A stretch of 62,817 nt of DNA. Source: Psammoneis japonica. Taxonomy: Eukaryota. The notes below the pieces were generated by a model. It was not told the DNA's origin. It did not search any database and was given only the letters and a program-made list of their open reading frames with translations. The stretch spans positions 1 to 62,817 of the forward strand of contig QPGO01000015.1 in the NCBI GenBank assembly GCA_008632985.1, in the 5' to 3' direction. Both the position numbers and the translations under genes were made by a program. Shown here in pieces: positions 52,159-62,817 of the stretch (its first letter is position 1; every line of letters begins with the position of its first letter).

Positions 52159-52997
52159 ATGATGAAGAAATGTAGAACTTTCGTTGCGGCTTTGGTGATT
52201 CCAGCAACAATCGTGAGTGGCTTTCAGCAGCAACTGCCTACTTTGCACGCAACAAGACCGCTGAACGCTGGCTTCACCGTGAGACCAGTTGCACCTGCCG
52301 CTGTAGAGGAAGAAGAATTGACGACCATTACGGATGAAGTCGATAAGCTTCGTGAATTGCCACCTGTGCTTCAGCAAATTGTAGAAGAGAGAAATGAATT
52401 TCAAATGAATCTGGGAAAGGCAATGGACACACTACGAAAAGACTACCCGTACCTGCTCACAATGCATCCCGGTAAGGAATCAACCCACGAACCACCTCTG
52501 TTGCAAGTGAATGATCTTCTTCTTACCAGATCTGTTAATTTGTTTCTTGTAAAGACTTTAGCATTTACCATGAAAAGATTAACGTCGTGGATCCGTCGGG
52601 TGTTCAACTTAGCGGCTTGTCGAACTACAAGCATTCCTTTACCTTCTATCAAACTCTGATTAAGATTCTGTACACAGAGCGATCGGGTTTGCAATTTCGC
52701 ATGGTGTATGACTTTGCTCGGTCTTCCATTCGTGTGTCTTGGAATGTTGTTCTGCACTCAAAGGTTCCTCTGACCAAACCGCTGTATGTGGATGGTATTT
52801 CAGTGTACAAGCTTGATTCAGCTTCAGGAAAGATTGTGGAACACAAAATCGAAAATCTAATGATCAACAACACTCCGGTCGCTCCGCCTTATGGGATATT
52901 TTCCTTGATTAGAGAAGAACTTGCGGCTGGTCGGAAAGCCCATGGTGTTCCTGTAGGTGTTGCCGGTGCTGCCAGTATTGTTGCAGGGTCGTCCTAA
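52159..52997 (+). CDS. DUF2358 (SnoaL/NTF2-like) protein, probably plastid-targeted; intron 52472-52554
   Basis: NLGKAMDTLRKDYP...P|DFSIY...DPSG, IRVSW and DGISVYKLD..SGKIVEH motifs. VSG-F cleavage motif. Confidence 0.85.
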
Positions 52998-53779
52998 AGA
53001 GAGTCGATCAGCAGTCTCAACAGGGCGCCCCTTTTCGAGAAGGCTTCTGTCCTTTTGTTAATCCTTCTATTTCTAGACTTTATATATATATGCAATGAAT
53101 CGAGTCGGGAGGAAAGTAGACCTTTCCATTCGTACCTCTTGGCGCAGTGACAACTCGGTGTTAACATATAATGCTTCATTTACGTGAGTGGCTGTCCCGT
53201 TAAATCTAGTTTCCCATCGTCCTCATATCGAGCCGTCCAGCTGAGTCTGTTCTTTGTGAATTTTCGTACCGTAGATACATCCCGCCAGTAATGGATTGCC
53301 GCTTTTGTGGAATTCGCGAACCTTGTTCCCAAATTTCTTTTTCGCAGGGACGTGTCTCTTTCGCTGGAGCGAACTACTAGTCTACATTTCTGCAACGAAA
53401 GAATAAAGTAAGCGTTAAGGCGAAACTCATAAACACCACGGTGGTTTGACAGGATCTCTTCCAGACGAATTCAAAAAAGATGGAGGGCGTAACATTTTCA
53501 ACTGCTTTTCGTTTCGTTACAGAAATTGCTATCAAGCAAACTTTATTTTATCATTGAATATCTCATACAGGACACTGCCGTTCTGAGCCAAAGTTCAGTT
53601 TGCTCAATTTCCTCATCCCCAATTCCTCTTTCAATACTGTTACGATACTCAGTATCTAAACACTTTTCCACACTACAAGTATTCACCTCCGTACGATCGA
53701 TCAAACACGGGGAAATCTCAAAGCCCAGATGAAAAGGATTCCCATTATCCTTCAAGTCTCTGCATTAGCACCATCAAGT

Positions 53780-54487
53780 TCAAGGCCACAGTGGCTCTCC
53801 GTCGTATACGTCCCAGTTGCGAATACCGGTCCACAACTCCAAATCTGGGTATAGGCGGCAGGTGAAAGCCCTGCGACCGCTCAAGTACGCCTTGCCGTTT
53901 CCAAAAACGCGACAGTCCTTCTTTTTGCCCAAAGAAATATGCATTCCTCCGCCATTGGTACGATTGCGACCCCAAACCAGGACAATCGCGACTTGAAGGT
54001 CGACTCCCCAAAAGGGCAGAGCTTCCTTAGCTTTGGCTATTGCGCCAGCCGTCTTGGGGCGTTTTGCCGCCAACTTCAAGGCATGGACCTTGTCAACAAC
54101 TTGACGAACAAACTGCGGTGATGAGAGTGTCGATTGAAGGCTTTGCTCCTCCACCCACGCGGGCCATTCGCTGCTGCCGCGCCCGCTAATGTTCTCGACA
54201 AAGATCTGAACCTGCGAATTCTCCGGGAATTGATCTTCCACCTCCTTCCAAGTATGAAACCAGTTTTGGCACGTGGCTGCCGCTGACATACAGTCATGCT
54301 GGTAGAGATATCCACTTGATAAAACAAAAGGCAGACCCTGAAGGAGAGGCGTCGACATGAGTACTGAAGCGCGTTCGTGCTGTTCCACGAGCGCTAATTG
54401 CTCCTGTTGCTCTCGACGAACGGACGCACGTGTCGAGCGACGTGTGCGTGCAGGACCGGCGTGGCTATCGTCAGCTGCACGTTTCAT
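53780..54487 (-). CDS. Hypothetical protein, 235 aa
   Basis: Clean ATG-initiated ORF with normal composition. No domain recognised. Confidence 0.55.
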   Translation of the reverse strand: MKRAADDSHAGPARTRRSTRASVRREQQEQLALVEQHERASVLMSTPLLQGLPFVLSSGYLYQHDCMSAAATCQNWFHTWKEVEDQFPENSQVQIFVENISGRGSSEWPAWVEEQSLQSTLSSPQFVRQVVDKVHALKLAAKRPKTAGAIAKAKEALPFWGVDLQVAIVLVWGRNRTNGGGMHISLGKKKDCRVFGNGKAYLSGRRAFTCRLYPDLELWTGIRNWDVYDGEPLWP

Positions 54488-54848
54488 GACAGGAGAATAT
54501 AGATAGGAAAAGGGAAAGCGTTGGGATCTGCTGTTGTCTTCGCTACTGCTCTCTGCTTTTTGTGTCGGTCTTGGTACTTCTACTAGAGAGGGGCCACTCC
54601 CAGCTTGGGAGAGGGGCCTATGGTACCGGTACGGTGTATGGTATGCCGGGAGTGGGCGGCGGCATTTTTGTTTGGCGCGTTATGTTCGTTTAGAAAGCGC
54701 GCGACGTACGTACGTACGGACAGCCAAATCGTCTGTCCATTTCCTCAGAACTTCCTCGTAGGAACAGTACGGAAGTTGACGTGGCGTCCGCCGACCATCG
54801 ATCTGGTGGGTGTCGTGTGGTCGCGAATAGAAAAAAGCGGCAAAGATA

Positions 54849-55358
54849 CTGTAGAGTGCGCGAAACGTCAGAATTGCGCGTTGGCGAAAACCACAACTTT
54901 TTTTCTCTCCTCCCGCAGCCGCACATCCCGAGTTTTGCAATTGACAACGCTTTTGGCCTCAAACGGCGGCGAACAAGGCATCGGCAGAACCGCAATCATT
55001 GTAAGAACATGTGTGTTGCTTTGTTTGTGAAAATCCACAATGAGTTCGTCGAGAAAAGTGAATCTCGTAGTCGTTTTGCGTGCAATTTCGCGTTGGGTGT
55101 TCCCGAGAACGCGGTTGCTTTTTCGATTTAGCGTTGTCCTTGCACGGAGAAACGCTGAATCGCAGCTTTGTTGCAATGTGCATCTTGCCCACATGCTGGA
55201 TCTTGGGATGCGTCTGTCTCGGCGTCGCCAGCTCATTGTTGTTGCTTCAAAGAGGATCCGCTCCGGGCTGTCCAAGGCACGGAACGTCTCTTTGTTGTGT
55301 TTGAAAGAGATTCGTTGCTTTGAATTTTTCAAAACGGGGATCTCGGTGTCGTGAAATC
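54849..55358 (+). repeat. Left inverted repeat arm (hypermutated copy, ~54-nt internal deletion)
   Basis: Manual alignment to the reverse complement of 59347-59910. Confidence 0.95.
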
Positions 55359-55464
55359 GTTGTGTGTCATCGGTGTTGTTGCCGCAGCATCCGTCTGTCA
55401 TGGCTCTAATGGCATGTTTGCCTTTTCTCGTTCCTTGAGTGCAGGTTTTGCATCACGTGGCACC

Positions 55465-57720
55465 ATGAAGAAATCCATCTCTCAACGAACTTCATCTAGG
55501 AAGAGGCAACCAACAGTGGAAGCTAGGTTGGGTGAAGAGAACAGAAAGGACCAAGCTGGAGCCCGCAAGAAACGCAGTGACAGCCGTGGAAGAAAGCACC
55601 GGTTGGATCTCCCGTTGTCACCAGACAGTGACGATGCGGACGCATTGTTGAAAACACCAAGCATTTTCTCCAATGCCAACAGACAAAAATCGGGAAAGAA
55701 ATCCTCCTCTTCTAGGTCGAGAAGCTCAAAGTCATCATCGTCATCCAAGAAGACACCCGGGTCGCGTTCAGATTCCGGCAATGCATCCATTGATTTGGAA
55801 GAGAGAGAGCACACCATCTATGATCTGGATGCTTCACATGTCACAGTTGGGTTGTGCTTGCACGATGAACGAAAAACAAGCAGTCCCAAGTTCACCACCC
55901 CGTTTAACTTTCGCGATGGACCCAACAGAGGGCAGGATTTGGTGTCGATTGCATCACTCGGCACTGGCTCCACCACAGAAGAAGTCGAGTCAGAATTGGA
56001 CGCACTCCTTTCTGCCAAAGGAAAGAAACTGATGCCGCACAAGACTTCAAACTCGAAGCCACGCTGCAGAGCTGACCCCCAGATGGCGGATCCTCCAGGC
56101 AAGTGTGGTTCAAGCCGTGTGACGCCCACAGTTGCAGAGGCGCATTGGATGCATGCTCTGACTCATGTGTCGTACAAGAATTGTGATGACGAAGGAGACA
56201 TGGCTGATGATGAGAGTCAGTCTGACCCTTCTAGTGTCATTCTAGACCTGATCTGTGTTGTTGGGAACATTCAAGACGGAACAAGCACGGGGCAAGCATC
56301 CAGGAAAAGAGGAACACAAGACGAAGAGCTGTCATTGGCCTTGTGCCTTTTGCCTCCCGCAACGAACAAGGATGGAACGCATGTTGTTGCAGGTGAGAAA
56401 GACGCGCAGCATGTTGCCACTCTAGAACCATCGGCTGATGGTGGCAGGGTTCAATGGAGTCTCGTGTGCAGCACTGTGTTGTGTGCGGCTGTCGAGGATC
56501 AACGGCACAAGGACAAAGATGGGAACTCGTACGTGGGAAAGAAGTCGTCATTGTTGCTTGTGGAGGATTTTTCAAAAGCTCAAGTGAAGCTTCTCAACTC
56601 CACTGAGCATTTGTTTTCGGAAGCTCACAGGCGTGTCAAGGCAAAAAGCAAACCGCCTGAGGCACGGGATCCAAAATGCGCCTTCCTTCGTCTGTCTGTT
56701 GGAAAGAAGAAGAAAACCGATGAGCCGTGGGATGATGATGAGGAACCATCCATTCCCAGCTCCCAGGATGACAGAGTTGCAGCACTGCTCTCTCCCGAGA
56801 AAGCAGTGAAACCCCGCACTGCAAGAGAAACGCGAGAATTCGACGCGGAGGCTCCTGGAGAAGTTGTCAAATTCATGAAAAAATTGGTTAGCACCGACAT
56901 TGATTGCAACCCTTTTTATCATGCTCTCACGTTGGAACACTGGAAAGCATGTAGACGGCATTGGGGCAACAGGACATCCATCGACGGCGAATGGCAGTTG
57001 CACATTTTTGAGGCGTATGAGCTGGACCCTGAAAAGCCAGACACATGGCCGAACATTGATCTCGTGGCTCCAGAGGTTCATCCTTCTATGACCGAAGATG
57101 ATGGCAGGTGTGGCGGATCAATCCAAAGAGGTGCGCATGAGGTGCAAGGAAACGGGTTGCCCAAATCACACGGCGAGGATCCGGACGTGGCAAATGAAGC
57201 GGGAAGGAACAAAGCAATGGAGCGGATGGCGGAAGGCCAAGTCAATGCAGCTGCAGCTGTCCTGGCCCTGGCCAAAGCAAAAAGTGGACATTTTTTGGCT
57301 CCGGATGAAATGTTTGTCCATGTGATCAACACGGAATCAGAACGCACCGTGGGCATTTCGGTTCCATTCTCAGCAACCAAAACTGTTTGCACCGAGATCT
57401 ACGACAACAGGAGACCGACAGATGCAAATGTTCGCAGTTGGTCAAAGGAAATTGTGAGGTCTGTTCGCAGCAAAGAAAAGGTGGTGCAGATTCACCTTTG
57501 GAACTCTTTGACCAACACAAGCGTCCTTTCATGGTTGGTGGAAGAGCTGAAGACACTTGCAATTGCGGAGTTGTTTCGCGCGGCACCAAAAGATGAAAAC
57601 AACAAACCAAAAGAACCAATCATTCTACACTTGGTGGTGGAAGATGTGGACGCACCATCCGACACTTCCGTGCTCTGGCAGACAAAGCGTAGATGGGGCA
57701 TTTCAAAACTTTGGTCATGA
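55465..57720 (+). CDS. Transposon-borne ORF of unknown function (~750 aa), probably mutated
   Basis: Long open frame inside the TIRs with a basic/Ser-rich N-terminus. Tyr-poor and TpA-depleted. Confidence 0.6.
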   Translation: MKKSISQRTSSRKRQPTVEARLGEENRKDQAGARKKRSDSRGRKHRLDLPLSPDSDDADALLKTPSIFSNANRQKSGKKSSSSRSRSSKSSSSSKKTPGSRSDSGNASIDLEEREHTIYDLDASHVTVGLCLHDERKTSSPKFTTPFNFRDGPNRGQDLVSIASLGTGSTTEEVESELDALLSAKGKKLMPHKTSNSKPRCRADPQMADPPGKCGSSRVTPTVAEAHWMHALTHVSYKNCDDEGDMADDESQSDPSSVILDLICVVGNIQDGTSTGQASRKRGTQDEELSLALCLLPPATNKDGTHVVAGEKDAQHVATLEPSADGGRVQWSLVCSTVLCAAVEDQRHKDKDGNSYVGKKSSLLLVEDFSKAQVKLLNSTEHLFSEAHRRVKAKSKPPEARDPKCAFLRLSVGKKKKTDEPWDDDEEPSIPSSQDDRVAALLSPEKAVKPRTARETREFDAEAPGEVVKFMKKLVSTDIDCNPFYHALTLEHWKACRRHWGNRTSIDGEWQLHIFEAYELDPEKPDTWPNIDLVAPEVHPSMTEDDGRCGGSIQRGAHEVQGNGLPKSHGEDPDVANEAGRNKAMERMAEGQVNAAAAVLALAKAKSGHFLAPDEMFVHVINTESERTVGISVPFSATKTVCTEIYDNRRPTDANVRSWSKEIVRSVRSKEKVVQIHLWNSLTNTSVLSWLVEELKTLAIAELFRAAPKDENNKPKEPIILHLVVEDVDAPSDTSVLWQTKRRWGISKLWS

Positions 57721-57889
57721 CTGTTCGTACACTGCAAACAGATTGGTCATTGACTGGACGGACCATCCGATGCCTCCGTGCTCTGCCAGCAGATAAACCA
57801 CACATGGCGGCATTTTAAAACTGCAGTCATGGCTGCTCGCACACGTTCTAGATGGATCAGCTAGACGGAGCACAACTGTGTGTTTTAGT

Positions 57890-59274
57890 CTAGTCTGACA
57901 TGACACAGCTGCTCGAACAGCTGTGTTGAATCCTCCAACACAGCTGAGGAAGAATTCTTCCTCAGCATCCCCCGTCTTCCTTTCCTGATTGTCATCGCAC
58001 CCTGGCACCCCACACTTGCGAAAATGGTTCCTGGCTTTTCGTGGCGTCATCTCTTCCAATGCCAGCTCGTGCGCCATTGACCAATTCATGCCTTCTTCAC
58101 AAGAAAAACGCTTCAGGCCGGACTTGCAAACAGAGAAGTGGCACTCAATTGGATTCAAAACAGGGCTGCAAGCTGCTGCACAAACTGGCTTGGCTCCAGC
58201 ATCTTCAATCAGTTGTCGAACGCAGTCGGAGATGTGTGTCGATGCGCTGTCCATCAGCACCACAGACCGCGGCTCGCAAAGATGACACCTCCCCAGAACC
58301 GGCACCAAATCATTCTCAACGTGTCTCTCAAACCTTTCCATGTCCACAGTCCCACGTTCCGGGTCATTGTCATGAGGGCCACATTCACGTTCCACCAGCA
58401 TGCACGCTTCGATCACAAAACCGTTTGCATCTGCAGCACCAATCACAGTGCACCTCTTGCGAAAATCTTCCTCAAAACATGCATCAACTGCGGGTGGTTT
58501 GCCAAATTTTCCCCAGCCACGCAAACGCCTGGATGCGTTGGCACTCTTTGCCGTCTCATCAACAAAGACAGCCATCTCTGGTTTTTCTACGAACAACTCC
58601 AGCCGTCAAAAGCACCTCTCCCGCTCGGCCTCGCATCTTTGTCTTGAACGAAAAACCATTTTTTGAAGAGAGCAGCCTGGTCGGTGCAATTGACGCCATG
58701 TGGCAGAGGGGTGCCATGTCATGCCCCGGCGTCGTCTCATTGAAAGCTGCATTTCATCGAGGTGGAGATGCGGCTTCTCTCTCACGACATCAAGCAGCAC
58801 TTCATCATCCGCCTCTGAAAATGATGCAGCTCTTGTTGTCACTCCGCGACGCCTTTTCCAGCTGTTCATTCTACGGCGAGTGGCAGCTTTTGTCTCACCA
58901 TGCTGAAGGCAGTGGTGAAACCAGTCATAAAATGTCTTGCACTTGATCCTCCGGCCAAACATCTGATCAACTTCTTCCCAAACAGATTTGAGAAGACGGA
59001 TTTTCCCACCATCCTTCTGTGCATGCTGCCACGCATTGTCCCCCAGTTTTTCCATTGCAGTCTCAACACACTCCTTCTGCAGTTTCTTGTCGTCGTGCGC
59101 TGTGCCACCACACTGTCTGGGTGCATTCGGCCTGTTGCACGTGTGATGCCGAACTCCGGGAGCAACCCAAACCCCATGCATCATGTCCCATCTTTGTGCC
59201 TCTCCAAAATTGTCACCCTCCCCCGCAGCAAACAACTCAGCTGCTGTTGCCATGAGACACAGAAAGGTTGTGAC
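57890..59274 (-). pseudogene. IS630/Tc1 DD34E transposase pseudogene
   Basis: KPHLHLDEMQ (HTH), AVFVDET, VVLMDSASTH and ACSPVLNPIE, with 34 residues between the second D and E. In-frame TGA at 58606-58608, probably from CGA. Ends are approximate. Confidence 0.85.
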
Positions 59275-59346
59275 CATGATCAACACTCGACAAAGCCTGC
59301 ACTTCAAGCAACGAGAAAAAGGCAAACATGCCGTTAGATTGGCGAT

Positions 59347-59910
59347 GATTTCACGACGCCGAGATCCCCGTTTTGAAAAATTCAAAGCAACGAATCTCTT
59401 TTAAACACAATAAAGAGACGTTCCGTGCCTTGGATGGCCCGGAGCGGATCCTCTTTGAAGCAACAACAATGAGCTCTGGCAAACACAACACACAGCAGCG
59501 ACCAAAAAATGAGCAATAAAACGATTTGTCGTGACGCCGAGACAGACGCATCCCAAGATCCAGCATATAGACAAGATATATATTACAATAAAGCTGCGAT
59601 TCAGCGTTTCTCCGTACAAGGATAACGCTAAATCGAAAAAGCAATCGCGTTCTCGGGAACACCCAACGCGAAATTGCACGCAAAACGACTACGAGATTCA
59701 CTTTTCTCGACGAATTCATTACGGATTTTCACAAACAAAGCAATACACATGTTCTTACAATGATTACGGTTCTACCGATGCCTTGTTCGCCGCCGTTTGA
59801 GGCCAAAAGCGTCGTCAATTGCAAAACTCGGGATGTGCGGCTGCGGGAGGAGAGAAAAAAAGTTGTGGTTTTCGCCAACGCGCAATTCTGACGTTTCGCG
59901 CATTCTACAG
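59347..59910 (-). repeat. Right inverted repeat arm (largely unmutated copy)
   Basis: Reverse complement of 54849-55358; retains TpA sites. Confidence 0.95.
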
Positions 59911-60933
59911 GGAGATGCAAGAAAAATCGAAATTTTCATTTTTCCTTGCTTTTTCCCGCTTTTTCGAACACCACGCGGTCACGCGGTGCGCCTTTTTGTT
60001 CTTCGTCTTGCGGAGATAAGCACGATGCGAATGCGAATGAACCGACAGCACTGCTGTTCCGAAATCCGTTCCGACCCTGCTGTGTTAGCCACTGGATGAC
60101 TGTCTGGGCTTAATGTACTGTGGCTTTGGATGGGTGCATTGACATGGTGAGTGTATGCTTCTGTGGTCATCGTGTGCTTGATGTTTTGTATTCTTACCAA
60201 GTGATGCTGGCTGCGTGCCACAGCGACCGCGGGCGGTAGGCAGAAGTTTTTGTCGCCGCAGGTGGATTCAGTTTCTGCGGACCTGTTGGGGTTCTCATCT
60301 GTTCAGAGTGTAGTCAAAATTGTTTTTCGTGGATAGGCCTTTTCAAAGATTCCCTTCGGGTACGGTTTGGGTACGATTCGGGAACGCTTTTGGAACGTTC
60401 CGAGAACGGTCAAAATGCGGGAATGACGAAATGCCTATTTCGTCGAATGGTTTTTCAATGTTGGAGCTGTTGGTGATTGTTATAGAGCATATTTAGTGTA
60501 AAGCTAGCCCAGCAGTTACAATACATTATAATAGATTAACTACAGCTGCTGTAATTGAAAAGTATTAAGGCTTCTAAGAACCGTACTTTTTTGGGGAGAA
60601 AATAAAAACCGGTTTTGACAGGTGTACCTCTCAGCAATATGCCAATCAAATCCATTTAAATTTTACATTGCTGTGTCATGCTCGGATAGTTTGAACAATA
60701 ATACGGTCATAATGATGCATCATCTTTCCCATTGGCTGATTGTCAGGCTCCAAAGTTGGCTCTCAGCGCGAATTAGTGTATTTGAGAACGTTCTCGGAAC
60801 GCTTTTGGAACGATCTTGGAACGTTTTTAGTACGATCTGCAAGGGAATCTCGAAATCCACTACATCGAAATAGTCCCCCCCAAGAGGCCTTTGTTGGTTT
60901 TGGCAGTTGGAGTTATTTGGCGGTATTTGAATT

Positions 60934-61322
60934 TGAAATAGACTATCCCGCAAGAAGTAGAGGGGTGAGAGGGTCGTTAATGATTCAAATCGGAGTTCTC
61001 ATCAACTCATCAGCCTTCCGAAGCGAACTCGGTCGACTTGGGATACAACAATACGCTGTGTAGGATGGAGAGTTCAGGACTCTCTTGAGGTTGTACAATA
61101 CAGCAGAGGATGATAAGAAGTAGTTTTGGGACAATAAGATACGCTAAAGATACGAATTGTGAGAAGATCTCACGAGGGATTGGAGATGACATTATGACCT
61201 AACGGTCGTGTGTGTCACTCCGATTACTATCGCTAGAAGACTCAACGGACATTTCTTCCGGAAGAAGAGATCCATGACCGGAAGCGTCATCCGTGAATCA
61301 GACTCGGTTGTTGACTCGTGAC
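60934..61322 (-). repeat. Probable 3' LTR of the Copia element
   Basis: Follows the purine tract GAGAGGGAG (~61323-61331, minus strand) just after the pol stop. The ...TTTCA end at 60934 is a guess, since the second LTR is not in the window. Confidence 0.5.
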
Positions 61323-61359
61323 TCTCCCTCTCAACCGAAAAGAGAAGGAGAACTGTCAG

Positions 61360-62817
61360 TCACCAGCCCATGAGGGCTTTGCGACCAGTGCGGAATAGAT
61401 CAACAGTCAATCCTTTAGTAAACTGGTCAGCAAGCTGTGCAGCTGAGCTCACAGGCTCAATTTTGATCTCCAAAGCCTCAACTTCAGTGCGAAACCAATG
61501 GCAGGGAATGCCGATGTGCTTGGTTCGTGGGGACAATTTTGGCACACGGGCGAATTGGAGGCAGGCAGCATTATCTTCGTACACAACGGATGCTGGGAGG
61601 TTAGTAGAGTCAATGGGAGAATCCTCAGTTCCGTCGTTGGCGTGTCGGAAAGCCTTCGAATGTGTCGAAATGTCGGTCTGTCTGTCCGGCTGTCCGAAAA
61701 CGAGCGCGTTGATTTCCTTCACGATCTCGCGAAGGGGGATGAGATCACGCATCGCTTGGGAGAGGGCGACATACTCGGCTTCCATGGTAGAGAGTGCGAC
61801 GAGGGTCTGCAACTTGGACACCCAGACAATCGGACATCCAGCATAACAAATGACATGTCCCGCACGTGACTCAACAGACGTGGGATCTTGTCCATCTTCA
61901 ACACTGAAGAGTCCCGCGAAATCAGCATCAACATGGCAGTCGAGTCGTTGATCGGCGGTTGGAGTTAGGATAAGTCCTTTATCAGCCGCATCCTTCAGGC
62001 AACGAAGAATGCGCTTGATGGCCGCAGCGTGGGAGGCCTTGGGTGCGCAGGAGAACCGCGCGACTTGATGGGTCGCGCAAGCAATGTCCGGGCGGCTGTT
62101 GGACGCTAGATGCATCAGCATGCCGACCACGGAACGGCAGTCATAAGGCTCGTCGAATGGTGGCCCGTCGGCATCGCTGCCAGCAGGAGTGGGCAAGGCA
62201 GGAGTGGGTGCGCCGTTGCACTTGGTCATCTGTGCGGTGCGGAGAACTTTCTCAATTAGGCCGGGTTGGGTCAGGAGGAATCGGCCGTCTTCGAGCTTTT
62301 GAATCTTGACACCTAGAAAGTTGCCGACTTCGCCTTCATCACGTAGATCAAAGACATGGCGTTGCTCATCATTGGAAATGCCCAACTTGGCAATCTCTGC
62401 TTCCAAGGCTTGGGCCGATGCGCCGGCGAACACTGTGTCATCAACATGCACCACACATGACATGCCCTTTTTGAAATAAAGACAAGGGTCAATGGCGGAT
62501 TGAATCCATCCTCTTTCGAGCAATCCGTCCCTCAGCTTTTCACAGAAGCACTTGGGAGACTGGCGTAGGCCGTGTGGGCCTTTCAACAATTTTGGCACCA
62601 GATCGGTGCCCGATTTTGGCTGGAAACCCTTGGGAGGCTCTACATGGACCTTCTCCTTGATGTCAGCTTGGCAGAAGGCTGTGGCACAGTCCACTTGACG
62701 TGTGGTCCAACCTTCCTTGAGTGCCGTGGTGAGGAGAAGGCGCATGGACGACCATTGCACTGCCGGCGCGCAGGTCTCGAAAAAATCGATCCCGTGTTTC
62801 TGCAAATCGCCGCGAAC
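61360..62817 (-). mobile_element. Ty1/Copia (CoDi-like) pol 3' part, RT + RNase H; open frame but with many mutated conserved residues; runs off the window
   Basis: GIDFFET(C)AP, (H)GLRQSP, IDPCLY, V(H)VDD, RPDIA, (H)VDADFAG, VALSTMEAEYVALS, YEDNAAC, RTKHI and QLADQFTKGL. Confidence 0.96.

Larger units (their letters stand above)
54849..59910. mobile_element. IS630/Tc1-like DNA transposon, ~5.06 kb, with long TIRs and two convergent ORFs
   Basis: Inverted repeat arms enclose a DD34E transposase and a second long ORF. TA precedes the left arm but does not follow the right arm, so the true termini are uncertain. Confidence 0.85.

Noticed and set aside
55465..57720. Passenger ORF as a Fanzor/TnpB nuclease
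   Set aside because: I found no convincing RuvC motifs or C-terminal zinc finger. Only a profile search on a de-mutated consensus could fully exclude it.
60355..60840. CRISPR-like array
   Set aside because: No regular repeat-spacer period, no cas genes, and a eukaryotic context.
61360..62817. Alternative genetic code or RNA editing restoring Tyr from TGY/CAY
   Set aside because: Host genes use Tyr, Cys and His normally, and the same changes occur in non-coding TIR DNA on both strands.

Overview
Eukaryotic nuclear DNA, almost certainly from a diatom (aureochrome 1c, DUF6824 protein, bipartite plastid presequences, diatom-type Copia, short GT-AG introns). About 18 ordinary host genes are interleaved with transposon-derived blocks: a ~10 kb degenerate repeat block, a CRE-like LINE fragment, a piggyBac-like fragment, a near-intact CryptonS, an IS630/Tc1 element with ~510-bp TIRs, and the 3' end of a Copia element. 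The main signal is a repeat-restricted, strand-symmetric A:T->G:C hypermutation at TpA, preferring 5'-TAY-3' (TA->TG or CA), which acts like fungal RIP but in the opposite direction. Four lines of evidence support it: (i) the two TIR arms of one transposon differ at 15 of 19 TpA sites, with transitions only; (ii) conserved Tyr codons become Cys/His in Copia RT/RNase H and Tc1 transposase while CpG is largely kept; (iii) a ~10 kb block is almost free of TpA and CpG, and its surviving TAs are mostly YTAR; (iv) boundaries next to unaffected host genes are sharp. All counts and alignments were done by eye. Family assignments come from motif recall, not database searches. Several host genes carry single-base frameshifts that are probably assembly errors.
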